A DNA stretch of 64,000 bases from Candidatus Dormiibacterota bacterium (GTDB lineage: Bacteria > Chloroflexota > Dormibacteria > Aeolococcales > Aeolococcaceae): NCBI GenBank assembly GCA_963757475.1, contig CAVWRW010000001.1:7207-71206 (forward strand), given 5' to 3'. Positions 18,474 to 29,092 of the stretch are shown piece by piece; position 1 is the stretch's first letter; each line of letters opens with the position of its first letter. Position numbers and translations under genes: made by a program. The notes beneath the pieces are model-generated. The model worked only from the letters and a program-made list of their open reading frames with translations. It did not search any database and was not told where the DNA came from.

Positions 18474-20076
18474 ATGCGCCGCTATCGCGATGACGATGAG
18501 GTCGATCTCTGCATCGTCGGGGCTGGCGCAGGTGGGTCCGTGCTCGCCCAGCGCCTGGCCCGGCACGGATGGCGCATCGTCATCCTCGAGGCCGGCCCGT
18601 TCTGGCATCCCGATGAGGACTGGGTCAGCGACGAAGCCGGTTCACATGATCTCTACTGGAACTCAGCAGCGGATCATCGGCGGCGCCGATCCCATCGAAT
18701 TGGGCAAGAACAACAGTGGCCGCGGTGTCGGTGGGTCGATGGTCCATTACGCCGGTTACACACCGCGTTTTCACCCATCCGACTTCGAGACCAGGCGACG
18801 CGACGGTGTCGGTGCGGACTGGCCGATTGCCTACGCTGATCTACGCGGCCACTACGCTCAAGTTGAGCGTGAACTCCCGGTTGCCGGCCAGAACTGGCCT
18901 TGGGGCGATCCACACAGCTACCCGTTCTCGCCGCATCCCGTCAGCGGGGCGGCCTCCCTGATCTGGAAGGGCGCCATCGCCTGCGGCATTGAGATGCGCG
19001 TCGGTCCGGTCGGTATCGTCAACGGCACGTTCGGCAATCGTCCTCACTGCATCTATCGCGGCTTCTGTCTGCAGGGCTGCAAGGTGAACGCGAAGGCGAG
19101 TCCATTTGTCACCCATCTGCCCGATGCGCTCGCACATGACGTCGAGGTGCGTGCGAACTGCATGGCGGTCCGCGTCGAGCTGGATCCGTCGGGGCAACGC
19201 GTACTCGGTGTGAGCTACGTCCATGAGCGAGAGGGTGTGGAGCGGATGCAGCGCGCGCGAGTCGTGGCGGTCTGCGGGTACTCGATCGAATCACCCCGTT
19301 TGCTCCTTAACTCGTCAACGTCGAGCTTTCAGCATGGACTGTGCAACAACGAGGACCAGGTTGGTCGCTACGTGATGGTGCAGGGCGCCACGCAGACCGC
19401 AGGTCGATTCCCTGACGAAGTCCGCATGTACAAGGCTCCTCCACCTGAGGTGTCATCGGAGGCGTTCTATGAAACTGACGCAGCGCGCGGATTTGCGCGC
19501 GGCTTCAGCATTCAAACGGTGTCGCCACTCCCGATCGGATGGGCTGAGCATGTCCTCGCCGAGGGTCATTGGGGACGCGCACTCCGTGAGTACATGCGTG
19601 ACTACAATCACTGGGCAACCCTCGGCGTGCTCAATGAGCTGCTCCCGCAACCGGACAACCGCGTGACGCTGGCCGACGAACGCGATCAGTTCGGGCTGCC
19701 GATCGCCCGGTTCGACTACACGCTCTGCGAGAACGACAAAGCCAACATGGCATTCTCGGCAAGAGTGATTCGCGAGATCGTGGAGGCGTCGGGCGCGCAG
19801 GACGTGCTCACCATCCAACGCTTCGCCCACCTCATCGGCGGCTGCCGGATGGGTTCGCGTCCGGAAACCAGTGTGGTGTCGAGTGAGCAGCAGACGTGGG
19901 CCTTGCCGAATCTCTTCATTTGTGACGGCAGTGTGTGCCCAACGCAGGGGAGTGCCAATCCGGCTCTCACCATCATGGCGCTCGCATCACGTCTGGCTGA
20001 GCGGCTCGCACTGCGCAAGGTTGATCCTCGCGGTGCACGCACTCTTCCCGAATACTCAAGCGCAGTAAGGAGTTGA
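18474..20076 (+). pseudogene. GMC-family FAD oxidoreductase with one frame shift near 18658
   Basis: The N-terminus MRRYRDDDEVDLCIVGAGAGGSVLAQRLA...HDLYWN lies in frame 0. The rest, QQRIIGGADPIELGKNNSGRGVGGSMVHYAG...HLIGGCRMG...NLFICDGSVCPTQGSANPALTIMALA, lies in frame +1. Confidence 0.8.
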
Positions 20077-21085
20077 TGATGTCGCAGGTGAATCAGGAAA
20101 CCGTGGTGGTCACGGGTGCTTCGGCGGGCGTTGGACGGGCCGTTGCTCACGCGTTCGCGCGCCGCGGAGCGCGAGTCGCGTTGCTGGCTCGCGGCGAGAC
20201 AAGCCTCAAGGACACGGCGGCGGAGGTCGAATGCCTGGGCGGACGCGCCCTCGTGATTCCGACCGACGTTGCCGACGCTGAAGCGGTCGAGGTCGCGGCC
20301 GAGGAGGTCGAAGCGGCATTCGGGCCGATCGACGTGTGGGTCAACGACGCGATGGCGACGGTCTTCGCCCAATTTGCGGACGTGAGCCCGGATGAGTACC
20401 GTCGCGCTACCGAAGTGACGTATCTCGGTACCGTGCACGGCACGATGTCAGCCTTGCATCGAATGTTGCCCCGCGATCACGGGACCGTCGTCCAGGTTGG
20501 GTCTGCGCTCGCGTATCGGGCGATTCCTCTGCAGTCTGCGTACTGTGGCGCCAAATTCGCCATCCGTGGATTCACCGACAGCGTCCGCACGGAGTTGCTG
20601 CATAACAAGAGCCGGGTCTGGATCTCGATGGTGCAGCTGCCGGCCGTCAACACACCGCAGTTCGGATGGTGTCGTACGAAACTGCCGAAGCATCCGATGC
20701 CGGTGCCGCCGATCTATCAGCCGGAGGTGCCTGCAGAAGCCATCTACTGGGCGGCGCATCACCGCCGGCGCGAGGTCTTCTGCGGAGGAACTGCCTCGGC
20801 GGTCATCCACGCCAACAAGATTGCGCCCGGGAATTGCGGACCGATATCTGGCGCGGACTGGATTCAAGTCACAGCAGATGCCGGATGTTCCAGTATCGCC
20901 CGGACGGCCAGACAACCTGTATACCGCGCAGCCGCAACTTGCCGCAACGCATGGCATCTTTGACGACCGCTCGAAGACGCGGAGTGTGCAACTCTGGCTG
21001 AGCACCCACCGCAGCATCGCGATGGGGGCTGCGGTGGGGACCAGCAGCTGCGGTCTTGGGCGCGTGGCGTCTCGCGGCGTCATGA
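20073..21085 (+). pseudogene. SDR-family oxidoreductase with a frame shift near 20835 (and probably a second near 21040)
   Basis: VVVTGASAGVGRA and YCGAKFA (YxxxK) are in frame. After ANKIAPG the homologous reading ADRYLARTGFKSQQ...PDNLY...HGIFDDRSKTRSVQLWLSTHR continues in the +1 frame. Confidence 0.7.
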
Positions 21086-21112
21086 CCCCGACGACGGACG
21101 AGCCGGGTTGGC

Positions 21113-22259
21113 ATGGAGCAGCATCTTGCGCTCGGGGCGTCGCGGAGAGGCGAGGACGGCCTCGCCGTACAGTCGGTCGACGTTCGCGTTTACACGGTGC
21201 CGACTGAGCAGCCCGAAGCGGACGGCACGCTGCAATGGGACAAGACCACGCTTGTGGTGGTCCAACCGTTGCTCGACAACGGGATCAGGGGCCTCGGATA
21301 CGCGGTAGGCGATCCCGCTACCGGGCTCCTCGCTCGCGGCACACTCGCCGAGGTCGTCGTCGGTGTTGACATCCGCGACACCGGATCGGCATGGGAAGCA
21401 ATGGTCCGGCGCGTACGCAACCTTGGGCGGCCGGGCATTGCGTCGATGGCGATCGCCGCCATCGACATCGCGCTCTGGGACACCAAGGCGCGAGCGTTTG
21501 GCACTTCCATTGCATCGTCTGTTCGGCCCGGTCCGAGACGCAGTCCCCATCTACGGGAGTGGTGGGTTCACGAGCTACAGCGAGCGCGAGTTATGCGCCC
21601 AGCTGAACGCGTGGGTCGAGCAGGGGATCCCGCGCGTGAAGATGAAGATTGGCAAGGACCGAGGATCCTCATGGGAGGAAGATATCCAGCGCGTCGGTGC
21701 CGCACGCAACGCCATCGGCGACGACGTTGAGCTCTTTGTCGACGCCAATGGTGCCTATGACCGCAAGCAGGCACAGCGTCTTGGACGCATCTATGCCGAG
21801 GACTTCGGTGTGACCTGGTTCGAGGAGCCGGTCACGTCCGACGACCGTGAGGGCCTTGCCGCACTCCGGTCGGAGCTTCCACTCGAGGTCAGCGCCGGCG
21901 AGTACGGATATGCCCTCGAGTACTTTCAGACAATGCTCGGTTCTCGAGCAGTCGACGTTCTTCAGGCAGATGCCGGGCGTTGCGCCGGGATCACGGAATG
22001 GCTCCGTGTCGCGGCCACGAGCGCTGCGTTCAACACGCCATTCTCAGCGCACTGCGGTCCATCCATTCATGTGCATGCGGCCACCGTACCGCCCAACCTG
22101 CGCCACATCGAGTACTTCCACGACCACGTTCGAGTGGACCATCTGCTGTTCGATGGCGTGCTGGAACCCCAGGCGGGTAATCTCCGACCCGATGACGACC
22201 GTCCCGGCCTCGGCCTCGTCCTGAAGGAGCAAGACGCCCTTCGCTTTCGAGTGTCGTGA
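21113..22259 (+). pseudogene. enolase-superfamily enzyme (mandelate racemase / muconate lactonizing family) with a frame shift near 21503
   Basis: The N-terminal capping domain reads up to DIALWDTKARAFG. The reading LPLHRLFGPVRDAVPIYGSGG...VDANGAY...FEEP...LQADAGRCGGI-like then continues in the +1 frame. Confidence 0.75.
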
Positions 22260-24061
22260 CGACGACGCGGTCGGTCAGATCCGCCCAGGTTCGGCATAGC
22301 CACACCCCGCCGCGAACCACGAACGATGCTGTCGCCCCTGTCGTCCTGCGCGAGTACGCCGTATTGGCAGACGGCGAGCGTGGCGTCGTTGTGGGACCGC
22401 ATGGCGACTTCGCGTGGATGTGCTTCCCGCGCTGGCACGACCCGGCACTGTTCAGCACCTTGATCGGTGGCGACGGATCGTACTCAGTCACGCCGACTGA
22501 GACCCATGTCTGGGGTGGGTATTACGAGCCGGATTCGCTCATCTGGCGGAGTCGGTGGATCACGACCAGCGCGACGATCGAGTGTCGCGAGGCGCTCGGC
22601 CTTCCCAGCCGGCCTGACCGCGCGGTGCTTCTGCGCAGGATTGTCGCGTGCAACGGCATTGCCCGAGTCCGATGCTCACTGCGGAGCATGGCGAACTTCG
22701 GGTCCGACGCGCCGATTGCCATCCGTCGCGATGGGACGACGTGGGTTATCGAACATCACGATTTACAACTACGCTGGGCAGGCGCCACGGCCGCCCATCG
22801 ACGCCGCGGAAATAATGGGGATCTCGAGCTCGACATCGTTGTCGAGGAGGGGAGCTACCACGACCTGATCTTGTTGGTCGAAGCCCGCGGTGCGACCGAC
22901 GATATGCCCGATGCCGGAAAGGCCTGGGCGAGTACGGAGTTGAGCTGGCATGAGCGCATCCCGGCGCTGGAGTCTTCGGTTGCCCCGCGTGACGCGCGCC
23001 TAGCGTGCGCAGTGCTCAGCGGCCTCACCAGCTCATCGGGGGGGATGGTGGCCGCTGCGACGACGTCGCTCCCCGAGCGAGCGCGTCAGGGTACGAGCTA
23101 CGACTACCGCTTCTCCTGGATACGCGACCAGTGCTATGCCGGCCAAGCGGCACTTCGTGCGGGCGCTTTGAGCCTGGCGGACACCGCCGTGTCCTTCGTA
23201 AGCCAGCGCATCCTTGCGGACGGTGTCAACCTGAAACCCGCGTACACGGTGGATGGGGGGCGCGTTCCCGGGCAGCGTTATCTGCCTCTGCCCGGCTATC
23301 CGGGCGGGAGCGACATCGTCGGCAATCACGTCAACAAGCAGTTTCAACTCGACGCGGTCGGAGAGAATCTCCTGCTGCTCGCTGATGCCGCCAAACGAGA
23401 TCGGCTTGACATCGATGGCTGGAAGGCTGTCGAGGAGGCCGCCTCAATTGTCGAGCAGCGCTGGACGCAGCCCGATGCGGGTATCTGGGAACTCGAGACT
23501 CGCCGCTGGACGCACAGCCGGCTGGCATGTGTGGCCGGCTTGCACGCGGTCGCCCGCATCGCCCCGCATTCGGGAGGGGAGGGGGCGAGGTGGTCGGCGC
23601 TCGCCGACTCCATCCTCGCGGAGGTCGGCAGGACAGCCGTACGAGAAGATGGCGCGTGGTGTCGCGCGGTCGATGATCCGCGCATGGATGCGGCCGTGCT
23701 CATGGCGACCGTCAGGTCGGCGATCCCGCCCGATGATCCGCGGAGCGATGCCTCGTTGCGTGCCATAGAGGAGGAGCTGGTTGAAGATGGGTACCTCTAC
23801 CGCTATCGCCATGATGCGCGTCCGCTCGGGGATGCTGAGGGTGCATTCCTCTTGTGCGGTTTCATGATGTCGTTGCGACATCACGTTGCGGGACACCGCC
23901 TTGACGCGACGCGATGGTTCGAACGCACACGCTCGGCGTGCGGTCCAGCAGGGTTGTTCACTGAGGAATATGACGTCCGTCAACGCCAGTTGCGCGGCAA
24001 CCTTCCGCAAGCGTTCGTCCATGCCCTCCTTCTCGAGTGTGCTGTGGAGCTGGAAGCATGA
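22256..24061 (+). CDS. glycoside hydrolase family 15 (glucoamylase/glucodextranase-like)
   Basis: 601 aa. The motif SYDYRFSWIRDQCYAG and the C-terminal GLFTEEYDVRQRQLRGNLPQAFVHALLLE are typical of GH15. The GTG start overlaps the preceding stop. Confidence 0.8.
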   Translation: MTTTRSVRSAQVRHSHTPPRTTNDAVAPVVLREYAVLADGERGVVVGPHGDFAWMCFPRWHDPALFSTLIGGDGSYSVTPTETHVWGGYYEPDSLIWRSRWITTSATIECREALGLPSRPDRAVLLRRIVACNGIARVRCSLRSMANFGSDAPIAIRRDGTTWVIEHHDLQLRWAGATAAHRRRGNNGDLELDIVVEEGSYHDLILLVEARGATDDMPDAGKAWASTELSWHERIPALESSVAPRDARLACAVLSGLTSSSGGMVAAATTSLPERARQGTSYDYRFSWIRDQCYAGQAALRAGALSLADTAVSFVSQRILADGVNLKPAYTVDGGRVPGQRYLPLPGYPGGSDIVGNHVNKQFQLDAVGENLLLLADAAKRDRLDIDGWKAVEEAASIVEQRWTQPDAGIWELETRRWTHSRLACVAGLHAVARIAPHSGGEGARWSALADSILAEVGRTAVREDGAWCRAVDDPRMDAAVLMATVRSAIPPDDPRSDASLRAIEEELVEDGYLYRYRHDARPLGDAEGAFLLCGFMMSLRHHVAGHRLDATRWFERTRSACGPAGLFTEEYDVRQRQLRGNLPQAFVHALLLECAVELEA

Positions 24062-24077
24062 TTCGCTGCGCCGCACG

Positions 24078-24560
24078 ATGAGGTTGAGACGGGAGTTGCT
24101 GCGGTCACGAGTGCGAGATGGTGCTGTCGCCGGCGTATTCGCCACCGTCGCGGAGAGCGCTTCGCTGCGGCTCCTGAGTGGAGATGGGCCGAGGCCTGTC
24201 TACCTCCCGGAGAAGATGGTGCAGAGGATGGCCGGGCGCGTCGGCTACCACGTGGGCGGCAACGCTGCGCGTGTCATGGGCAAGGTGCTGCGCGCCGGCT
24301 ACGGACCGATGTGGGGTATCGCGTGGGCCGTGGCGCATCATGGGCGCGCGCCGCGTCATGCGTCGGATGCGGTTGCGCTGGCCTCCCTCATCTGGGCCTT
24401 CGAGCTGGCGGTTCTACCGTGCGTAGGTGCCACGCCGCCCTTGCGCAGTTGGCCGCGAGCTGACATCGCCTCGGATGGGGTCAATTGCCTGGCGTTCGCC
24501 ACCACCTATACCTGCGTCATTGCTCTCATGGGTCGGCCGGGGTCGGCTGCCAACCGGTGA
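24078..24560 (+). CDS. hypothetical membrane protein
   Basis: About 160 aa from the ATG at 24078, just after the GH15 stop. It has hydrophobic segments (GAVAGVFATVAES, MWGIAWAV, LASLIWAFELAVLP, CLAFATTYTCVIAL). Confidence 0.5.
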   Translation: MRLRRELLRSRVRDGAVAGVFATVAESASLRLLSGDGPRPVYLPEKMVQRMAGRVGYHVGGNAARVMGKVLRAGYGPMWGIAWAVAHHGRAPRHASDAVALASLIWAFELAVLPCVGATPPLRSWPRADIASDGVNCLAFATTYTCVIALMGRPGSAANR

Positions 24561-24736
24561 CGCGAAACTCGGTGTGGCCCTGGGTGGTACCATATCAAAA
24601 CCGACGAGTTGGTTTGCAAGCCGCCGAGACGAACGGGGTGACAGCCATCAGGACCGTTGTCGATCACGCCAGGGGCCGCGATGCCGATCACGAACGGTCG
24701 GCACAGCCGAGGCGGCGACAGGCGGCCCGATAGCGG

Positions 24737-25133
24737 TTGAAGGTCCTCATCATCGATGACGACCCGGTTGTCGCCGACATGTACCGGCTGCGCCTGGAGG
24801 TCGCGGGGTACGAGGTCCTGGTTGCCCGAGACCGCGAGGAGGGCCTCGACATAGCCGGCACCAGCGCGCCGGGCTTTATTTGCATGGACTATCGTCTGCC
24901 CGGGATGGATGGCCTCGAGACACTGCGGCGGCTCCGAGCGCAGCCGGAGTACGGAGTCCATTCCGGTCCTCATGTTGAGCAATGATGCGGATCCAGCGAT
25001 TCGCAAGCGCGGACTGGTCTTGGCGCACTCAAAGTTGGCATCAAAGCAGACATCGACTCCTGGGCAGCTCGCGGACTTCATCGCGCAGCATCGATCCACC
25101 CGTTCTGAGACATCCGCGATGCCCCTGGCGTAG
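24737..25133 (+). pseudogene. single-domain response regulator (receiver), with a frame shift near 24953
   Basis: KVLIIDDDPVVADMY...ICMDYRLPGMDGLETLRRLRAQPEY is in one frame. ESIPVLMLSNDADPAIRKRGL...TPGQLADFI continues in the +1 frame. Confidence 0.7.
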
Positions 25134-25248
25134 CGCGCTCGTGACGTGACCAAGAACAAACCATACGAGCAGCTGTGACAGCACATTTCACCGACTTTCA
25201 AGTCGCTTTTGCACCCTGATCTCATCAGTTATCACTCGAGGAGATGTC

Positions 25249-25455
25249 ATGCAGGCGCAGGTTATTCGGTGGCGCGAGTTCGTATTGGATCGTTTCGAGG
25301 AAATTCGGAATCGATCAGATGAGAGTGGGCAAGGCATGGTCGAGTATGCCCTGATCCTCGTCCTCATCGCGGTCGTCGTGATCGTCATCCTCACGACAGT
25401 TGGACATCGTGTGAACAATGTGTTCTCCAACATCAGCCACGGTCTGAGTACCTAG
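25249..25455 (+). CDS. Flp/Fap family type IVb pilin (second copy)
   Basis: 68 aa with a GAGGAG RBS. The motif SGQG/MVEYALILVLIAVVVIVILTTVG is closely similar to the copy at 13573. Confidence 0.8.
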   Translation: MQAQVIRWREFVLDRFEEIRNRSDESGQGMVEYALILVLIAVVVIVILTTVGHRVNNVFSNISHGLST

Positions 25456-25480
25456 ACGACCTCGGGCGGACGTGGTCCGA

Positions 25481-26269
25481 TCAACGCACATCGAGCCGGC
25501 GGAATCCGGCGACGGCAGCCACCGCCAAGACAATCCCGATCGCCACGAGCACGATCACCGACGCGGGGCTCAGACCGCTGGCGAGTTGGTGGTTTCCGAC
25601 CGACCAGTAGAACAGCGATGCATACTGAACTGGGCGAATCCACCCGATGACTGGGGCAAGTGAGCTGACCAGATACGAGATGGCAGCAAGCGCGGCAGTG
25701 ATGCCGAGCGCCGTGCCGCGGCTGCCGGTGATCGATCCGACGGCGAGGGCGCACAATCCGAAGTCGACCCCGAGCAAGGCGACCCCAGCGCTTGATGCGG
25801 CCACATTCGTCGGCGGGATCGTCAGGTCGAAGCCTCGCCCGATGATCACGCATACCATGGTGACAATCGCCAGCAGAAGCGCTTGGACGCTCAGGGCGGC
25901 GATCTTTTGCGACACGACAGAGCGACGCGATATCGGAAGGATCGCCGCGAGTGACAGCGTTCCATCTTCATTCTGCCCGGCGATGCATGACGCGCCGTAC
26001 CCCACGGTGATGAGCAGCATGATGAGAGGAAGCAGATTTGCATAGATGTTGGCGTCGAGCCAACCAGTCGGTGACGTCAGCGAGCCGGTTGCCCCGAACA
26101 GTGCTGCGATCGTCGATCCGTTCTTGGTGAGTTGGTTCAGACCCGCGGAGTCCTTGAACTCCGGATAGATCGCAACAACGGCCAATGTATAGAGCGCCGC
26201 TCCAGTGATATAGCTGAGCAGCGCTCTCCTGCGGAGTTGAAGATCGAGGACGGCCGTTTCAATGCGCAT
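25481..26269 (-). CDS. ABC-2 type transporter permease
   Basis: 262 aa from the ATG at 26269 (MRIETAVLDL), with six hydrophobic helices. It overlaps the ATPase gene stop by 11 nt. Confidence 0.75.
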   Translation of the reverse strand: MRIETAVLDLQLRRRALLSYITGAALYTLAVVAIYPEFKDSAGLNQLTKNGSTIAALFGATGSLTSPTGWLDANIYANLLPLIMLLITVGYGASCIAGQNEDGTLSLAAILPISRRSVVSQKIAALSVQALLLAIVTMVCVIIGRGFDLTIPPTNVAASSAGVALLGVDFGLCALAVGSITGSRGTALGITAALAAISYLVSSLAPVIGWIRPVQYASLFYWSVGNHQLASGLSPASVIVLVAIGIVLAVAAVAGFRRLDVR

Positions 26270-27173
26270 CGACTGACGTCTCCTCAGATTGGTCACGGTA
26301 GTAGCTGAGGAAGAGTTCATCGAGGTCAGCAGGATGAGCGACGATGTCAAGTGGATCGAGGTCGGCAGCAACTCGAAGGACTGGGGCAATGTCATTGCGG
26401 AGCTCCAGCGTGATGCGCCTATCGGTCGTCGCGACGACATGTACCCCCTCGATCGACGCGAAGCGATTGGGATCGACACGCTGCGGGAATAAGAACTCAA
26501 TGGTGCGCGGTGCGCTTCGTTGCAGCGCATCCAGCGTATCGGTGACCATAAGTCGACCCTCTTTGATGATCGCGACACGCGTCGCCACCCGTTGCACTTC
26601 ATTGAGTTCGTGGGACGAGAGGAACACGGTCGTCCCGGTGCTCACCAACTCGCGCATCAGATGTTCGAACTCGTTCTGCATCAGAGGGTCGAGGCCCGAC
26701 GTAGGCTCGTCGAGGACGACGAGCCTCGGGCCGTGCATGACGGCGAGCAGGATGCCGATCTTCTGTCGGTTGCCTTTGGACAGGGTCCGACAGGGCCGCT
26801 CGAGCTCGACCTGAAACCAACTCACCAGATCGTCCAGGAAGCTCCGGTCCCGCATACCGCGGACCTTTGCGGCGAAGTCGATGTGCTGTCGCCCAGTCAA
26901 ACGGGGATGCAGCGCGAGTTCGCCGGGGAGATATCCAATGCGCCGGTGGACTTGGACAGCGTCGGCGAAGGGGTCGAGCCCGAACAGCCTGGCTGCACCG
27001 GAGGTCGGGCGTGAGAGACCGGTCAGGAGGCGGATCGTGGTGGACTTGCCAGCCCCATTCGGTCCTAGAAACCCGAAGATCTCGCCCTCCATCACACTGA
27101 GTTCCAGGCCCGACACGCCGCGGTGAGATCCAAACGTCTTCGTGAGGTTCTCTGCGGTAACCACAACCGTCAT
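26259..27173 (-). CDS. ABC transporter ATP-binding protein
   Basis: Walker A GPNGAGKST, signature LSKGNRQK, Walker B LVVLDEPTSGLD. Confidence 0.9.
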   Translation of the reverse strand: MTVVVTAENLTKTFGSHRGVSGLELSVMEGEIFGFLGPNGAGKSTTIRLLTGLSRPTSGAARLFGLDPFADAVQVHRRIGYLPGELALHPRLTGRQHIDFAAKVRGMRDRSFLDDLVSWFQVELERPCRTLSKGNRQKIGILLAVMHGPRLVVLDEPTSGLDPLMQNEFEHLMRELVSTGTTVFLSSHELNEVQRVATRVAIIKEGRLMVTDTLDALQRSAPRTIEFLFPQRVDPNRFASIEGVHVVATTDRRITLELRNDIAPVLRVAADLDPLDIVAHPADLDELFLSYYRDQSEETSVDAH

Positions 27174-27277
27174 GCGGCGGCCACTCGAGGCTGAGCCGGC
27201 TCCGGCTGGTCGACCTTGCCTCTCAATGGATTTCGTTCACGATCAGCCGAGCGGGTGGCCGCCAGCTCCCGGGTCGC

Positions 27278-29092
27278 TCACTTCTGTGGCACCGCATGCG
27301 GCTCCGTTGCACGAGTACCAACTCGGTTGACTTCAATACGCGCCTGATAAGCAACGAGAATGTCGCGATGGGTGAGCCATCCGACGACGGTGGAACCATC
27401 GGACTCCATGACCGGCAGAGCCGATGACCCCTGCTGAACGAACCGTGAGAGCACCGTGTCGAGGGGCGCGTCCGGTGCGACGGTCGCTGCCAGGTTGGCA
27501 AGATCGCCCGCCGTGATGTCGAACGTGTCATTACCCAAGGCGGTCTCGATATCCTCAGCGGTGACGACACCGCGGTAACCGCCATCAACGTCCACTACCG
27601 GGAGTGCTGTGACGTCGCGCTGCGCGAACCGGCCGACCATGTCATCCAGGGGCGTCGTGACCACGACCGGCTCGGGTACTGGCCGCATCGCGTCTCTGAC
27701 GCGAAGCTCGTGCATGAGGTTGCCGCTCCGCGAGCGAAGGATGTCGATCCCGCGCCGACGCAACTTGAGCGTGTAGATGGTGTCCTTCGACAACAGACCG
27801 CTGAGCCCCGCGGCCGCTACGATCGCGACCATCAACGGCAGGATGATGGTGTAGTCGCCGGTGAGCTCGAAGATGATGATCACGGCCGTGATCGGCGCTC
27901 GTGCCGCACCCGCGAACACCGCCCCCATGCCCACAAGTCCGTACGCACCGGCTGGTGCGACTGCACCATGGAACAGCGTGTTGGCGACGAGGCCGAAGGC
28001 GGTTCCCAGCATCGCGCCCATGAACAACGATGGTGCGAAGACACCGCCCGATCCGCCGATGCCGATCGTCAGGCCGGTGGCGAGCATCTTGCCCGCGAGC
28101 AAGAGCAGCAACAGGCCGAAAACGAGTTGTCCGCCTACCGCGTTTTGCAACACTGGATAGCCGACGCCATAGAGCTCGGGCAGCGCCAGGAGCAGGAGCC
28201 CGAGAAGCACGCCACCGGCGACGGGGCGCAACCAGTCGGGACCGTGCCAGAGACGATCCAGAAGGTCCTCAGTACCGTAGAGAACCCGTATGAAGGCAAG
28301 GCCGGCAAGACCGCCCAGCACCCCGAGAACGGCATAGAGGCCGAACTCCCAGGTGGAGACAATGTGGAAGGCCGGAAGCGTGAGAAACGCCTGGTTGCCA
28401 AACGCTGCACGACCGATAACATCCGCGACCACCGAGGCGAGCACGACGGCGCCGAAGGCATCAACCGCGAAGTCCTGAAGGATGAGCTCGAGCGCGAAGA
28501 AGACGCCCGCAATGGGTGCGTTGAACGTTGCCGAGATACCTGCGGCCGTCCCGCAGGCGACGAGCAGGCGCAACCGATTCTCGGAGACATGCAGCAACTG
28601 CCCGATCGAGGATCCCAGTGCCGAACCGATCTGCACGATCGGGCCCTCGCGTCCCACCGAACCGCCCGCGCCGATGCAGATCGCCGAGGCGAGTGACTTG
28701 ACGATGGCCACCCGAGGACGGATCTTGCCGCCCCGTTCGGCAACGGCGAGCATGACCTCGGGGACGCCGTGTCCCCGAGCTTCAGGAGCGAAGCGCTGGA
28801 TAAGGGGACCGTAGATGAGGCCCCCGACCACCGGCGCGAGGATCACGAAGTAGATCCCGAGCCACGGGACATTTGGATTGACCGCTTGTCCGGCTGCGCT
28901 GTAGTCGTTGTGGCCGGTGAAAAGGATGGTGAACCAGCGGATGAGGCCGCGGAAGACAATGGCCCCAAGGCCGCCGCCCGCGCCCACCACCAGGGCAATC
29001 GCGATGATTCCGCCCTGGGAGCCTCGCACCCAGTCGAGCGTTCGTCGCTGGAGGTCCGACGGACGGTGAATCCGGCATTCGGTTGAGGTCAC
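27278..29092 (-). CDS. ClC-family chloride/anion channel with C-terminal CBS pair
   Basis: Selectivity-filter motifs GSVGREGP, GIGGSGGVFAPS and GxxxP helices, with two CBS-like repeats at the C-terminus. The GTG start at 29092 overlaps the TetR stop (GTGA). Confidence 0.85.
   Translation of the reverse strand: MTSTECRIHRPSDLQRRTLDWVRGSQGGIIAIALVVGAGGGLGAIVFRGLIRWFTILFTGHNDYSAAGQAVNPNVPWLGIYFVILAPVVGGLIYGPLIQRFAPEARGHGVPEVMLAVAERGGKIRPRVAIVKSLASAICIGAGGSVGREGPIVQIGSALGSSIGQLLHVSENRLRLLVACGTAAGISATFNAPIAGVFFALELILQDFAVDAFGAVVLASVVADVIGRAAFGNQAFLTLPAFHIVSTWEFGLYAVLGVLGGLAGLAFIRVLYGTEDLLDRLWHGPDWLRPVAGGVLLGLLLLALPELYGVGYPVLQNAVGGQLVFGLLLLLLAGKMLATGLTIGIGGSGGVFAPSLFMGAMLGTAFGLVANTLFHGAVAPAGAYGLVGMGAVFAGAARAPITAVIIIFELTGDYTIILPLMVAIVAAAGLSGLLSKDTIYTLKLRRRGIDILRSRSGNLMHELRVRDAMRPVPEPVVVTTPLDDMVGRFAQRDVTALPVVDVDGGYRGVVTAEDIETALGNDTFDITAGDLANLAATVAPDAPLDTVLSRFVQQGSSALPVMESDGSTVVGWLTHRDILVAYQARIEVNRVGTRATEPHAVPQK

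Noticed and set aside
18640-18670. Programmed ribosomal frameshifting as the explanation for the frame changes
   Set aside because: The junctions lack slippery heptamers or downstream structures. They occur in unrelated housekeeping-type enzyme families that are never known to use recoding. Indel error or mutation is far more likely.
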